Source: a virus (taxonomy: Duplodnaviria; Caudoviricetes). Taken from it: DNA of 28,248 nucleotides. The notes beneath the pieces are model-generated. The model searched no databases, was not told where the DNA came from, and was given only the letters and a program-made list of their open reading frames with translations. Every line of letters begins with the position of its first letter. The first letter of the stretch is position 1. Of the stretch, positions 10,801 through 19,392 are shown one piece after another. The position numbers and the translations under genes were made by a program. The stretch is taken from the IMG/VR virus record IMGVR_UViG_3300042402_000187, positions 1 through 28,248 of that record; one strand, 5' to 3'.

Positions 10801-12274
10801 AAAAATATATCAAGCACTTGTTGCTAAACAAAAGATGGCACCTGCTGCACCAGTAACAGAACCAAATTCAAAAGTTGATAATGCAAATATAAACTACAAC
10901 AATATTAACGATAATGCTGCACAAGATATTTATGACGAGGCCAACGCAGAAGCAAAAGACTCTAAACAACTATATACATATAAAGGAACAGGGGGTGCTT
11001 CAGGGGGCGGAACAACTGGTGGTGGTGGAGGAAGCATCATACCAAAAACTCAAGCACAAAAGGATGCAGAAGCAAAGGCAAAGAAGGAAGCAGACGCAAA
11101 GGCTGCAGCAGATGCAGCAGCAAAAGCGGGAAAAATTACTCCTCCAATAATGCCAACACAGAAAATTGATGCACCAAGAACTTTTGTAAAAGATGCAATT
11201 TATTCAACAACTGCTCCAGCCCTGGCAACAAAGAGAGCAGCAAAGGAAACTGAATTTAATACAAAACTTAAATCTATAACTAGCAAGTATACCGCAGCAT
11301 ATCAATCTGGTGCTCTGATGAGTATGGGTCTTGACCCTAACATAACTGATGAAATGCATAATAAGTATGTTCAGAATGCTAAAGCATTAGTTCCATTAGC
11401 AAAAGATAAAGCAGCAATCGCAAAAGAACTTGAGGCACTTTCTAAGATAAGAAACGAATATAGAGAATACGGAACAAGTGTAAATTCCAAAGGTCAGACA
11501 TCAGTTGCAGACCTAAGTAACTCAACTGCTGCAACAAGAGCAGCATCACAAGCAAAAAGTGCTCTTCCAAAAGATGTTGTTGCAGTTCTAGAAGCACTAA
11601 GAGAACTGAATGCTTCGATAGAAGAAGATAAGTCTAAAATTAAAATAGCAAGAGATAATTACTCTAAAGTAAAAATTGATAGAGGATACACAGAGTCTCA
11701 ATTTCCTATATTAACATTTGATCCAGAAAAAATTAAAACAGATGACCCTGAGTCATACAAGAAAATTCTTCCCCTGTATACTGCATACAAGCAGATTGCA
11801 AAGGACATGGATTCTAAGTCTGATCAAGGGGCAAAAGGACGATGGTTACTAAAAAATGCTGGATATAAGGCTTCAGATTTTAATTTTTACTTTGAAAGAG
11901 GAAAGAATTACGTAACAACTCCAACTGGTGCAAATACCTATAACTCTGGTAAAGATTATCCTACCTGGAAGGGTTATGCAACTGGTGGTCTTGTTTCTTC
12001 TAAGTTTGCACAAAAGAGATTTAGCATGGGAACTGATACAGTACCAGCCATGCTTACTCCTGGAGAATTTGTAATGAATAAGTTTGCCGTACAGTCCCAC
12101 GGTATAGGAAAAATGCAGGCAATGAATAATGGCCAAGCAGCAGGCGACTCAGTGTATAATTATAGTATTAGCGTAAATGTTAAGTCTGAATCAAATCCAG
12201 ATGAAATTGCAAGAACCGTCATTGCTCAGATAAAGAGCGTTGACGCACAAAAGATGAGAGGAGTTAGAACCTAA
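1841..12274 (+). CDS. Tape measure protein (3477 aa)
   Basis: TTG start behind SD AGAGGTG. Ala-rich and helical, with a tape-measure core (GRQLMVGLTIPL...GINASEGANALKSGL...IEQLFGK), hydrophobic hairpins near 3490-3590 and 6520-6710, and a long coiled coil near 9530-10420. Canonical position after the chaperones. Confidence 0.95.
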   Translation: MADVNANIGINFDTSQALAQLRQLQAGLSRFNQTLTQGNVAAMNAQKGLNSQLMQAINATGKFVATQKDVASSTSSFTQALEKNQMSMRQYFRYTAAAATQNTKVFKGMFAQERETLTRASKDRVKLLQSQYIQMQSANGDMIKTLQVVPKHLKMVNGQYADYATRMQMAAQRQQFLNKLLSQGSTQLLNFGKNTQWAGRQLMVGLTIPLTILGSTAAKTFMEMEQAITKFSRVYGDMMTNSDATDKAIADVQRLAKEFTKFGIAAKDTVEMAGTAAAMGLTGDALNAQIVQATRLAVLGQVEQQQALETTISLTNAFGIASEDLAKKINFLNAVENQTVLSIEDLTIAIPKAGPVVKQLGGDVEDLAFFMTAMKEGGINASEGANALKSGLASMINPSKKASEFLAGLGVNLTGIVEANKGDLKGTVVGFARALDTLDPLNRARAIEQLFGKFQFARLSTLFQNVTKDSSQAARALGLAGASVEELAILSERELGKVEDMTGNKFKKSMENIKLQLVPIGKAFLEAVTPIVSFVGRILEKFNTLSDGTKKVITVVIGVVGGLAPVLLMTFGVLMNFVANGIKLFAKLRGGVAQLNGSNNVLGGGFEYLTNQQIENLAQSNALHTSHSQLISTFNVEAASVQALAAAYGAAASQARALAQSSPGLFNTVPGPAGAVAGLPKKFAQGGVVPGTGNKDTVPALLTPGEVVITKDTAKKNPELVAALQNDSVKRYHKGTGEFHEHPHPRKPKYTIVEPHTGRVAGGEQNTKTMSGGAIMMPGNIQGKAVKGSTTAGGDSRFIAKTQLNDDGELIPTGATEQFKAATAGSMKTQMQALDGIARQTDESFATWSEANKHLTPHFDEMANIFAKEILPGVTDVSQAGQNAYPKMVAYIDNLERDLKITADEAEKMKIAARRIFDADLGTPENPGRDAVAMNRKRVETGIDEDGNERITDIRTERVAIPGHSMSEYLDGKTKDNTDREYALRGLTPPEETDEKGSKPTFAHIKSGEAGTSYSEPIASEKGGVTDTERAIVEKLRNREKLSAGQIITPAPKIEVTPEDKANAEAEGAKVGQAAIDGASGPAGADNQSPSKKGRKIGKDIADGIVEGLQEGTPEVTAQSSRLGNAAVPTAAETQARVDKMDLENKAFYDDIDTPEFRDERQILKSQDRQRRKRGATGTVGGGPVTPPSGPSSTVALTARTEAAAEDLAVSTEQAATAQSQVVQQIHDESKSRVTIKGNTINIGKARQEADRLDKEASDAEAAAAKVRTEAAKWEEVAAREGGKNMHTAENAKALKKLADEAEIKAAEARIKAAEAEIVAAQLEADGEGSEQIIQDPVKTPAKVKKAEEVMSNGTVEAGDGMRRIVEGTDETADSTLLVAEQTDELANVTGEAVDAQTQTAGNLLTGAQITDATTGNMNDVLQSTGTTGIAQDDIAGSSENIADINRDIEEDKRKIRELGRQELAARMKDPGAIIPDGAQSDTKRFDRTDAPSYTEAYDEVMGRDPGTNGPDDPGQTGYTRNKKGQFIFDPETGEPTTLTQKQVTKKKRGMRKEKVGKFSGKAAGALGTATMVAGMAGAPPQVTAALGTAATVAQFAPMIAGTGPIGLAVGAVVALGAGAYMLNKHFNQMAAKAAQFAKDLSATRDGLKSIGEMSGRVGASEIMDKRRQTSQYGKYDESIKIDTTFGEKFLGTDTGKKEKKLFQDNVKKFGNDKAINDLSLKLATAVADGVLDAEAANSIAAELALQVKDQKVEMQVIGQLGALLGPDGKNLKDNPLETRLLLLDNANQRVTKTETDISEGTGNTRENVATVAAYNMNNIEMATMMADQIQIEYETQKKKLEAELASTTNAQKKLEITGKIAALDAANLENSILMNAQLLRQLDTQTKSFEKVYSASVWGSQAAKEDAYFDATRTQLETTYKGTDQEEASKKFLNTTEEFGDNAFSNGLADQKTAQTFQAKMEMLVGSKVLSPTEANNYIELFSGQLDKFDLLFDASVEIHGPAKTKELLNMFAGYENKAKATELITQISLTKQNPAEYDAIMETLKGIQALDGTTIDMELLLTTVGLEGVERLKTQMEGIEKLKEAQEKNGDKKMDLEKVRKLGPIESATVDALIKNTKRKQEFDSLTLDQQAEYLQKLQTQFAYEGMVNDTQRALEAEQYARQMTLIEQANGRVATTTAAFTASVAQFKASYMALDAASRAIVKVKPITSTGIVSNPAGPAKTPTDKGKKDDPYDFLQDLAMRIKMTRDASFDATKPLKSMIEAMAGAKARKNVSSMFEMFKGVQQTLIGLKVPKELRDYIAGLDPEEFKELEKAGAFTYAPKKDKKTGKVVKDAKGNIVYDKSRIVGLSETSKTIVAAYNEAPLENFNLAQKEIITNTDNQFKAFNKLKAEGVDTATALEMLQDEALAAALASGQIKGPDLKKFAEDAKLAADATAKYAVISDLLKKNEEMEFKATAVPKLAAALKQSGMSVENIQTVLQDPALAKQLIKDLEDGKIDSKAISDYLKNIKDEKIVEIRGKFNAGDFAGAAAPGMELVSKMFSVQESLIRTGASAASKSMVANIKKLKDVNEDLQLEIQDITINSIRPIEQTIEKLSRELEIKVTRVLEAYQEEINDLQHVIKLAFEDPIADINAENTILSNDMEIMNHAAEEINKRYDEQAEALSKVSEIKSQIVEQEKEQLDLADALSKGDIGAAARAVQAIRAAQAARNAENASKALELSRKNKIDNLRGRDSGLSKDEITERQYQNAQTIYDLENRAETEVINPDGSKELLTRLEILDRIEEKNKLIYALEEDREARQLAIRAEEDKIYAFKQKVQEKQDKIDKNSFDIATDERKIEKLVSGITVLGQTKDAWDAVSAKIEASALAGQDFDRLMGTMLASTDKIEEGWDKISDTMKKYSDITGDKTKGLGTAEMQEERKKTHDLLKENEQAALDAIRVGKNAIAQAQAEYDIKKKAYDLEVETLKTQHAAAMARQDFYAAEKIYQALVAKQKMAPAAPVTEPNSKVDNANINYNNINDNAAQDIYDEANAEAKDSKQLYTYKGTGGASGGGTTGGGGGSIIPKTQAQKDAEAKAKKEADAKAAADAAAKAGKITPPIMPTQKIDAPRTFVKDAIYSTTAPALATKRAAKETEFNTKLKSITSKYTAAYQSGALMSMGLDPNITDEMHNKYVQNAKALVPLAKDKAAIAKELEALSKIRNEYREYGTSVNSKGQTSVADLSNSTAATRAASQAKSALPKDVVAVLEALRELNASIEEDKSKIKIARDNYSKVKIDRGYTESQFPILTFDPEKIKTDDPESYKKILPLYTAYKQIAKDMDSKSDQGAKGRWLLKNAGYKASDFNFYFERGKNYVTTPTGANTYNSGKDYPTWKGYATGGLVSSKFAQKRFSMGTDTVPAMLTPGEFVMNKFAVQSHGIGKMQAMNNGQAAGDSVYNYSISVNVKSESNPDEIARTVIAQIKSVDAQKMRGVRT
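12154..12162 (+). promoter_or_regulatory. Possible internal -10 element (GTATAATTA) for minor tail genes
   Basis: Exact copy of the 9-mer at 2, 1473 and 19380, about 110 nt upstream of ATG 12274. It lies inside coding sequence (SVYNY) and lacks both the TG extension and a -35. Confidence 0.4.
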
Positions 12275-12936
12275 TGGCAACTAATGCATATATGGCAGGT
12301 CGTAAGAAATATCAAAGACCCCAAGGGATCCTCTTTGCAGATAACGAAGGTATCAAGGTAGATGGTTTTCACATCCCTGAAGGAGACGAGATTGGGTCAT
12401 TAGGAGCCTCTGTGGATGGCTATGGCGAGTTCATAATCCTTTCTGATAACAATAGGTCACCCATAGACTTTAAGACCACCAGAATTGAAAAACGGGAGAG
12501 AATGATAAATGGCCGTATGAGATCTTATCATACTGCAGATAAACTAACATTAACAGTATCTTGGGATATGCTGCCATCTAGAGCATTCGATACTTATGCT
12601 GGCTTTGATGCTAATGGAAATCCAAACATGGCAATAATCCCAGAGATAAGAACAAACCCTTTAGAGTTTACTACAGACGGTGGCGCAGGTGGAGTAGAAC
12701 TCCTTGACTGGTATAAAAATCACAGTGGATCTTTTTGGGTCTATCTTGCCTATGACAAATACACGAACTTTAAAGATGTCTTTGAAACTACAAATGTAGA
12801 TGAAAGGTTTGCAAATACAAATAAGTATAATGAAGTTATTGAGATGTTCTTTACAGACTTTAGTTATTCAGTTCAAAAAAGAAGTGGGCTTAACTTTGAC
12901 TTCTGGAATGTATCTTTAACTCTGGAAGAGGCATAA
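12274..12936 (+). CDS. Minor tail protein, probable distal tail (Dit-like)
   Basis: First gene after the tape measure, with TAATG overlap. Pattern RMINGRMR..H..DKL.L.VSW and a C-terminal VSLTLEE strand are typical of Dit-like proteins. Confidence 0.65.
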   Translation: MATNAYMAGRKKYQRPQGILFADNEGIKVDGFHIPEGDEIGSLGASVDGYGEFIILSDNNRSPIDFKTTRIEKRERMINGRMRSYHTADKLTLTVSWDMLPSRAFDTYAGFDANGNPNMAIIPEIRTNPLEFTTDGGAGGVELLDWYKNHSGSFWVYLAYDKYTNFKDVFETTNVDERFANTNKYNEVIEMFFTDFSYSVQKRSGLNFDFWNVSLTLEEA

Positions 12937-15900
12937 TGTTTCAAGAGAAAGATTTATTAAAGCACATAGAGACAAGTTCTTCTATTAAAACACAGTCATT
13001 GGTTGTTGCTGAATGGAACATGAATATTGCTACAAATATTTTAGCAGTTGGAAATTATAGATACCGCCCATATGATGCAGGATCTATCTATAGAACTATT
13101 CCAAACACATTTGTTTTAGAAAATAAAACTTCATCCCCAGCATTTTATTATGGAGCAACAGATGCAGATGTTGTTATTGATGGAGGGTTTGATAAAAACG
13201 ATCTACCGTTTAACCTTATCCCCAAAAAAGAAAAGTTAAAACTTTTATACTCACTAGAGGATTGCGTAAAACCTTTTAGACCAAGATCTGGAATTAATAA
13301 GGCAGTGTTTCAGGGTGGAAAGTTTTTACATAACCCTGACATAAATATGGCAAGAAAGCCAAGATATTATATGGCAGACAAGAATGATCCATTCAAATAC
13401 TGGACATCGTTTAGAACTGAGAATGGTATTGAGTACGGAACGGCTACAAAGACAATGAACGGAAGGCATATGATTGAAGATGCTGCCCCATTTGTTGTGT
13501 ATAAAGATAAGGTTCCAGCAAACAGACTTGTTGTAAAGATGCAGACAAATATTGGAGACATCGATTCTGGAAGATATACAAATAAGTCAGGATCTTTTCC
13601 TGACCCGTACTTTGGAGAACTAAATCAAACAACTCCAAATGTTTGGAAGGTTCAAGTATTAAAAAATAATAACTGGGTAGATGCAGTTTCATTTAATGAT
13701 CAAGATAAAAGAAAAGATGGAACCCCAATAATTCAATCAGATGGATATGTGGAACTAGCCTACGGATTGATCTTGCCAAAAATATATTCTGAAGTATTTG
13801 TTTATCGTGGAGAACTATCCTCTTTATCTCTTAGGCCCCCAGTGGGAACAAGAGAAGGAGATGCATATCTTATTGTTGAAAACTCTGGGGATATTGGAGA
13901 ATATCATATCTGGTATAAGGATGAGTGGAAGATATTTGTTCCAAACTATGGGTGGAAGTTTGAAGAGCCAGTCGTTGATAGTTTTACTAATTTTGTTACA
14001 GAACTTACAGACCCAACAAGTTATACTGTAAGAGGAGAACTAAAGTATAAAGAGTTTGAGTACATCTCTGGTATTAGAATTGTTGTTGACAGCATGAAGA
14101 AGTTTGACGCATCCTTTGATCTCATTGAGTTTTCCCCTAGACTTACTGCTGACTTATCAGATAGAGTAACATCCTTTTCTTTAAATAAAAGTGCCTCAGA
14201 TTTAGGACAAAGTGGAATGCCAGTTGGACAACTTCTTGCATCAACTGGTAATATAACATTTTTTGATTTTGATGATGCATTTAATAAAAACAACACTCTT
14301 AGTATTATTGCAAATCAAAATATAAAAAATATTCAAATAAAACTTTATGAAGTCTTGACAGATGCAAGACTCATAGACTATTATGTTCCTATAAAAACCA
14401 TGTACTCTGACGGATTTCCAAAGGTTGATAACCAGTCAAAGGTGGTCTCTCTCGCCCTAAGAGATCTGTACTTCTATTTTGAATCTCAAACTGCACCAGA
14501 GATATTGTCAACAAACACATCTGTTAGCGCTGCTGTATCTTTACTTTTAGACTCTATTGGATTTTCTAATTATGTATTTAAAAGAGTGGAAGGAGAATCC
14601 GAAATGGTTATTCCATACTTCTTTATTCCACCAGACAAAAGCGTTGCTCAAATATTGCAGGACCTAGCAGTTTCAACACAAACAGCAATGTTCTTTGACG
14701 AATATAATAATTTTATAATGATGAGTAAAGATTTTATTATGCCAACTGCAGCACAAAGACCTACAGATTTAACTTTATATGGATCTTCAGATTCCGCACA
14801 GGTAGAAGTAATTAAAAATAAAGACACAAAGCCTAAACTTGCAAACATCATGGAACTGACTAGTCAAGATAGCGAAGTCTATAATGCTGGACAAATATCA
14901 TACACAACAAGACATATAGAAAGAACTGTTGGAACCATTAAAGCAGCCCAGATGCTTGAACAGGAAAGAATGTATATATACAAGCCAGTACTTTTGTGGG
15001 AAGTTTCTGGGGAAGAAAGCACAAAATCAATAAACCAAGAGGTACAGAATAACTCCACCTATGATCTTAGTGCAATCCCATTGAACTCTTATTTATCAGC
15101 CGTTGCTCCAACGGTATCTAATGGAAGAATAATTAATAATACTATGGACCTTGGAGAAGCCATATATTATCTAGGTAGGTATAATGGTTACTTTTATGCC
15201 AACGGAGAGATTATAAAGTTTGATGCAGTTCAATATAATATTTCTGGAACTGGGGATGTGTGGATAACCTCTAAGAGTGAGTATGACACTTACTTTGCCT
15301 CTTTGCCCTTTAATGGGAAACTGTACCCTACAGGACTTTTAAGAATCTACTCTGAACCAAACTATGAAGAGGTAGATGGTTTGTCTAAGTTAAAAAATGG
15401 AGAAGTTGCCAAACACGGAAGAGCACAGTTTGGAACCACCATCTCAGAACACAACGCTGGCCTAAACCCATACTGGTCAAACAATGACAACGTCCGTGGT
15501 GTTGAGATGGATGCTAAGTATCTTTTTAAATTTGATCAGACAGTTCCACCAACAACAAAAAATGTTGCTGCTGGAGTTAACAACACCTTTGCCCTAAAGA
15601 CAACCAGAAATGGAATTATTAAAAATTATTTTTCATCAAAATATATTTCAGAGTCTACTGTAAATAAAATGCTTTCAACTCAGAGCGGGACAACACAGTC
15701 TTCCGCTCTTGTTATGAATGGCGGAGGCTTTAAAACAACAGATACTCCTGCAAACTTCTTGTCCTATGTTTACAAGCCACTTTCAAATAATTTTAAACAT
15801 TTTGGAACAAGGCTTAGAGTTATTGGAAGAATTGAAGATAACGAAAAAAATGGACAAACTCCAGTTGGACCTTCAGAACTTTATACCGTACAAGGAAAGA

Positions 15901-17228
15901 CTGCTGATGAAAAAATTACAATTGCAGGAGGCAGTGGTGGTATTGCAATCATGGTTGACCCAAAAACAAATGCTGGATACTACTTTGAAATAATTGCTTT
16001 AGATGCAACCAAGGTAAATGATTCTGCAAGACAAAATGTCCACGATGTATTATTCTATAAATTAGAAGCAGAAACTTCAAATTTGTCAGGCCCTGCAATA
16101 CCTATTACTCTTTATGAAGGTCTTGCGAACATCATTGTAGATGGCGGACAGTTCGTGGGTCAGTATAGAGTAGCAGCAGAACAAAATCCAACTGTCTACG
16201 ATCTTTCTGTAGAGTACCAGGATATTGGATCAAAAAGAAAGTTTTTCTTATATCTAAACGACAATCTTATTGCTACAGTTTTTGACGATTCTCCATTAAA
16301 GGTATATAACAACCTTGCACTTTTTGTTAGAGGATCTTCTAGAGTTATGTTTGAAAATGTTTATGCCTTAGCAAATAACTATTCTCAAAACACATCATTT
16401 CAACTAGATACTCCAGTTGCAAATGTATTTAGTAATTCTGGAATAAGTGCTCAAGATTCATTTAGAAAATACTCAATGAGTGGGGCTGTCCAGGCTGCCT
16501 ATCTGACTGGCATAAGTTCTTCCCAACCTCCCAAGTTTAGTATCTACTTTGACGAGTTTGGTACCATCATGAGAGAAGCAGCATCTTTTAATTTTAGATA
16601 TGATTTAGCATATCCAGCACTGTACGCACAGTTATCTCCAACCTTTAATAAGTTAAAGTCCTATGCTGTATCTGGGTTCAGAGCCAGATCATACGGAGCA
16701 GAGTTTTTAATTTTTAATACAACAGATACAACACTAAGTTTAGACTCAAGTAGCCAAAGTTATTTAAGAGTTCAAGGTATAGCCTTTACAAATCAGTCCA
16801 CAAACAACTATAGTGTTGATGATTACTTTTCAAAAAATAGCAATCTTTCAGACCCACAGTTTGACTCAACAGGTCTTATAACTGCTGTTAATAAAGTTAC
16901 AAAAAACTATGAAGATATCAAAGCAAGCAGAATGCTTTACGGAAAAAAAGATTTTTCTTTAGATGTTCCATACGTACAATCAGCCGATGCTGCTGAAAAC
17001 CTAATGTCCTGGTTAGTTAAAAAAATAACAAAGCCAAGAAAGTCAATAGGTTTAAAAATATTTGCAAACCCTATGATTCAACTAGGAGATATCGTGGAAG
17101 TAGACTATGTTGAAAAAAATATTAATAGGGCTGGATCTGTTGGCTCTAGGTTCGTAGTATATAATATAGAATATTCAAAATCAAAAGACGGACCAGAGAT
17201 GTCTGTCTTTTTAAGTGAGGTATTGTAA
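12936..17228 (+). CDS. Minor tail protein, probable baseplate hub/Tal-like (1430 aa)
   Basis: Second gene after the tape measure. Hub-like motifs LQDLAVSTQTAMFFDEYNN and C-terminal NPMIQLGDIVEV, plus beta-rich inserts. Confidence 0.7.
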   Translation: MFQEKDLLKHIETSSSIKTQSLVVAEWNMNIATNILAVGNYRYRPYDAGSIYRTIPNTFVLENKTSSPAFYYGATDADVVIDGGFDKNDLPFNLIPKKEKLKLLYSLEDCVKPFRPRSGINKAVFQGGKFLHNPDINMARKPRYYMADKNDPFKYWTSFRTENGIEYGTATKTMNGRHMIEDAAPFVVYKDKVPANRLVVKMQTNIGDIDSGRYTNKSGSFPDPYFGELNQTTPNVWKVQVLKNNNWVDAVSFNDQDKRKDGTPIIQSDGYVELAYGLILPKIYSEVFVYRGELSSLSLRPPVGTREGDAYLIVENSGDIGEYHIWYKDEWKIFVPNYGWKFEEPVVDSFTNFVTELTDPTSYTVRGELKYKEFEYISGIRIVVDSMKKFDASFDLIEFSPRLTADLSDRVTSFSLNKSASDLGQSGMPVGQLLASTGNITFFDFDDAFNKNNTLSIIANQNIKNIQIKLYEVLTDARLIDYYVPIKTMYSDGFPKVDNQSKVVSLALRDLYFYFESQTAPEILSTNTSVSAAVSLLLDSIGFSNYVFKRVEGESEMVIPYFFIPPDKSVAQILQDLAVSTQTAMFFDEYNNFIMMSKDFIMPTAAQRPTDLTLYGSSDSAQVEVIKNKDTKPKLANIMELTSQDSEVYNAGQISYTTRHIERTVGTIKAAQMLEQERMYIYKPVLLWEVSGEESTKSINQEVQNNSTYDLSAIPLNSYLSAVAPTVSNGRIINNTMDLGEAIYYLGRYNGYFYANGEIIKFDAVQYNISGTGDVWITSKSEYDTYFASLPFNGKLYPTGLLRIYSEPNYEEVDGLSKLKNGEVAKHGRAQFGTTISEHNAGLNPYWSNNDNVRGVEMDAKYLFKFDQTVPPTTKNVAAGVNNTFALKTTRNGIIKNYFSSKYISESTVNKMLSTQSGTTQSSALVMNGGGFKTTDTPANFLSYVYKPLSNNFKHFGTRLRVIGRIEDNEKNGQTPVGPSELYTVQGKTADEKITIAGGSGGIAIMVDPKTNAGYYFEIIALDATKVNDSARQNVHDVLFYKLEAETSNLSGPAIPITLYEGLANIIVDGGQFVGQYRVAAEQNPTVYDLSVEYQDIGSKRKFFLYLNDNLIATVFDDSPLKVYNNLALFVRGSSRVMFENVYALANNYSQNTSFQLDTPVANVFSNSGISAQDSFRKYSMSGAVQAAYLTGISSSQPPKFSIYFDEFGTIMREAASFNFRYDLAYPALYAQLSPTFNKLKSYAVSGFRARSYGAEFLIFNTTDTTLSLDSSSQSYLRVQGIAFTNQSTNNYSVDDYFSKNSNLSDPQFDSTGLITAVNKVTKNYEDIKASRMLYGKKDFSLDVPYVQSADAAENLMSWLVKKITKPRKSIGLKIFANPMIQLGDIVEVDYVEKNINRAGSVGSRFVVYNIEYSKSKDGPEMSVFLSEVL

Positions 17229-17737
17229 TGGCTACAGATGCAACTGCAAATCAAGCAACATATACCTATACCTGGACTAATGACTTTGGTAGAAGCACTC
17301 AAACCAACTCAACCAAGGTCGCCGTCCCTAATGCCGTTGATGATTTAAATGATCCAATAGCATATGAGGCTATGTTTGAGATTATATTTCAAGATATTGG
17401 TGGACAAGAACTAATTAATATTTCCAGGGCAGATGCTATAAATGGACAAAACATTATGTATAGCATTGTTAAAAACCTAAAAAATATCATGCTTGAATAT
17501 AACTCTAATAATATAATTAAACTTGGTGGCACATCAGATGTTTTGTTTAAGAACTTTTCAATAAAACTTGAAGACAAGATTCCTAAATACGGTAATGGAA
17601 GTAACGGGTCCATAGTCTACCTTGAGCAAGGCTCAGGCAACCTGTTAATTGATCTTGTTAACCTAGAAGACGAAGAGCAGGTAGAGATAGAGATAATCAA
17701 CCAAGGGGGGTATTTTGATGATACAATTACTAATTAG
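17228..17737 (+). CDS. Minor tail protein / virion structural protein of unknown function
   Basis: 169-aa ORF coupled by TAATG, with SD-like GAGG upstream. Call rests on position in the tail module. Confidence 0.55.
   Translation: MATDATANQATYTYTWTNDFGRSTQTNSTKVAVPNAVDDLNDPIAYEAMFEIIFQDIGGQELINISRADAINGQNIMYSIVKNLKNIMLEYNSNNIIKLGGTSDVLFKNFSIKLEDKIPKYGNGSNGSIVYLEQGSGNLLIDLVNLEDEEQVEIEIINQGGYFDDTITN
17719..17727 (+). promoter_or_regulatory. Extended -10 promoter (TGaTACAAT) in 3' end of upstream gene
   Basis: TACAAT at 17722-17727 with TG at 17719-17720, then SD AGGAG (17736-17740) and ATG 17746. Confidence 0.6.
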
Positions 17738-17745
17738 GAGTAAAA

Positions 17746-18891
17746 ATGATAACTAATACAGGCCAGTCAATTCTGGCAAAATACCTTGTAGGTCAGGCAC
17801 CAGCCTATGCCTCATATATTGCAATTGGCTGTGGAGCCAAACCAGTATCATCTTCTTATACATTTTCAGAGGCTGAGATGACTGCTATGAGAGCAAAAGA
17901 ATCTTTGGACTTTGAGATGTTTAGAATACCAGTAACATCAAGAGGATACGTTACTGAAGACGGAGTATCTAAGATTGTCTTTACTGGAGAACTTCCAACG
18001 CTAGACAGATATGATATAACAGAGGTTGGCATTTGGTCTGCGGGATCAAACCCAAGTGCAAACTTTAACGATAGCCGATCAATCTTTTTATTTAATAAAG
18101 ATGAAACTTGGAAGTATAACAATACAGCCCTTGTTCCAATTGAAACTAGATTAGACGTTGCTGGAGACATTCAGACAACTAGCAAAGCATTTATAACAAA
18201 TGCAGATAACCCAACCTTTACAAATTCAACTAGATCAAACAGGTATGAAGGTTCTAGGTTTTTAAATAGTATTGTAGTCCTTAGAGGAGATGTTTCAGAT
18301 ATTGAGATAGACCCAGTTACTGATGAACTTACGCTAGGGACTGCTCTTTCCCCTCACCTAGTATTAACAGGAGCAACTCTAGATTTTGATAAGTCATCAC
18401 CAAAAGACGAGTTAAGGCTAGCCTTCTCAGTAATAAACAAAGACTCTACAAGAAATGTACAGCCTCACGATGTAAGAATTATTCTAGAGTTTGCAGAGGG
18501 AGATGTCTACAACGTTGGAGAGTACGCAAGGTTTGAAACAGTACTAAGCAGTACTGATCCAGACGTAGATTTTGAAAATCAAAGATATTTTATTTCTGTT
18601 GCAAAGTTTGAAGAATTAAATAGGAGTTCTGGATTTACTTGGAAAAATGCAGATGTAGTTAAAGCGTATGTCACAGTAACAGAAAAGAATGAAGTCACAG
18701 AAGAGGTGTTTATTTCAGACGAATTCTATGTTTGTCTAGATGCTTTAAGGCTAGAAAACACACAAAATCAAAATCCAATTTATGGATTAACTGGATATTC
18801 AGTTGTAAAAAGTCTAAACTCAAGGCCAGTTACAAAAATTGCAAACAGTTCAAACCACATTGAGTTTAGGTTTGGCTTGGATGTAATGTAA
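17746..18891 (+). CDS. Minor tail protein (N-terminus resembles fibre/baseplate-anchoring domain)
   Basis: MITNTG..ILAKYL...YIAIGCG...ITEVGIW pattern, recalled from tail-collar/fibre N-terminal domains. Beta-rich C-terminal half. Good SD. Confidence 0.6.
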   Translation: MITNTGQSILAKYLVGQAPAYASYIAIGCGAKPVSSSYTFSEAEMTAMRAKESLDFEMFRIPVTSRGYVTEDGVSKIVFTGELPTLDRYDITEVGIWSAGSNPSANFNDSRSIFLFNKDETWKYNNTALVPIETRLDVAGDIQTTSKAFITNADNPTFTNSTRSNRYEGSRFLNSIVVLRGDVSDIEIDPVTDELTLGTALSPHLVLTGATLDFDKSSPKDELRLAFSVINKDSTRNVQPHDVRIILEFAEGDVYNVGEYARFETVLSSTDPDVDFENQRYFISVAKFEELNRSSGFTWKNADVVKAYVTVTEKNEVTEEVFISDEFYVCLDALRLENTQNQNPIYGLTGYSVVKSLNSRPVTKIANSSNHIEFRFGLDVM

Positions 18892-19385
18892 TGGCACTGA
18901 CCGATCTTGAGCCAGACAAAGAAATCAAAAAGGCAATAGTCTTAAAAGAAGATCTCCCATCTCTTAGTTTAAGTAGGCTAGGGTATTTTGTTAGGTATAG
19001 AGTGGTATCAAATGACAAGAATAGATCCTCTCACTGGTCTCCATACTACTTTTTACCAAATGGGGTTATACCCAAAGTACCTTGCTCTGTTGGAGTTGCA
19101 GGAGGACAATTGAAGGTAATTACCATGGTTTGGCAACATCCCAAGGCTTCAAGTGATCCTGGTGAGACTGAAACATCTATCTTTAAAGAATATGATGTGT
19201 ACATTAAGACTAATCTAACTAATGATAAGTGGGTTCACCTTGAAACCGTACCTGCAACATCGCTTAGAATACTTGTTCCATCTGGAGTAACTTCCTTTCA
19301 GGTTGCAGTTCAGGTACCTGTCTATCCTAAGAATTATTCTGCAGATGCAGCAATCTTTACTTTAGAAACTCCGATAGTGGTATAA
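18891..19385 (+). CDS. Minor tail protein with fibronectin-III/Ig-like domain
   Basis: ITMVWQHP...EYDVYIK...W...SFQVAVQ matches FN3-like strand spacing. TAATG coupled. Confidence 0.55.
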   Translation: MALTDLEPDKEIKKAIVLKEDLPSLSLSRLGYFVRYRVVSNDKNRSSHWSPYYFLPNGVIPKVPCSVGVAGGQLKVITMVWQHPKASSDPGETETSIFKEYDVYIKTNLTNDKWVHLETVPATSLRILVPSGVTSFQVAVQVPVYPKNYSADAAIFTLETPIVV

Positions 19386-19388
19386 TTA
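19378..19388 (+). promoter_or_regulatory. Extended -10 promoter (TGgTATAAT), probably leaderless transcript
   Basis: Overlaps the last codons and stop (GTG GTA TAA) of the upstream gene. ATG 19393 lies 6 nt after TATAAT and has no SD. Confidence 0.75.
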
Positions 19389-19392
19389 TAGT

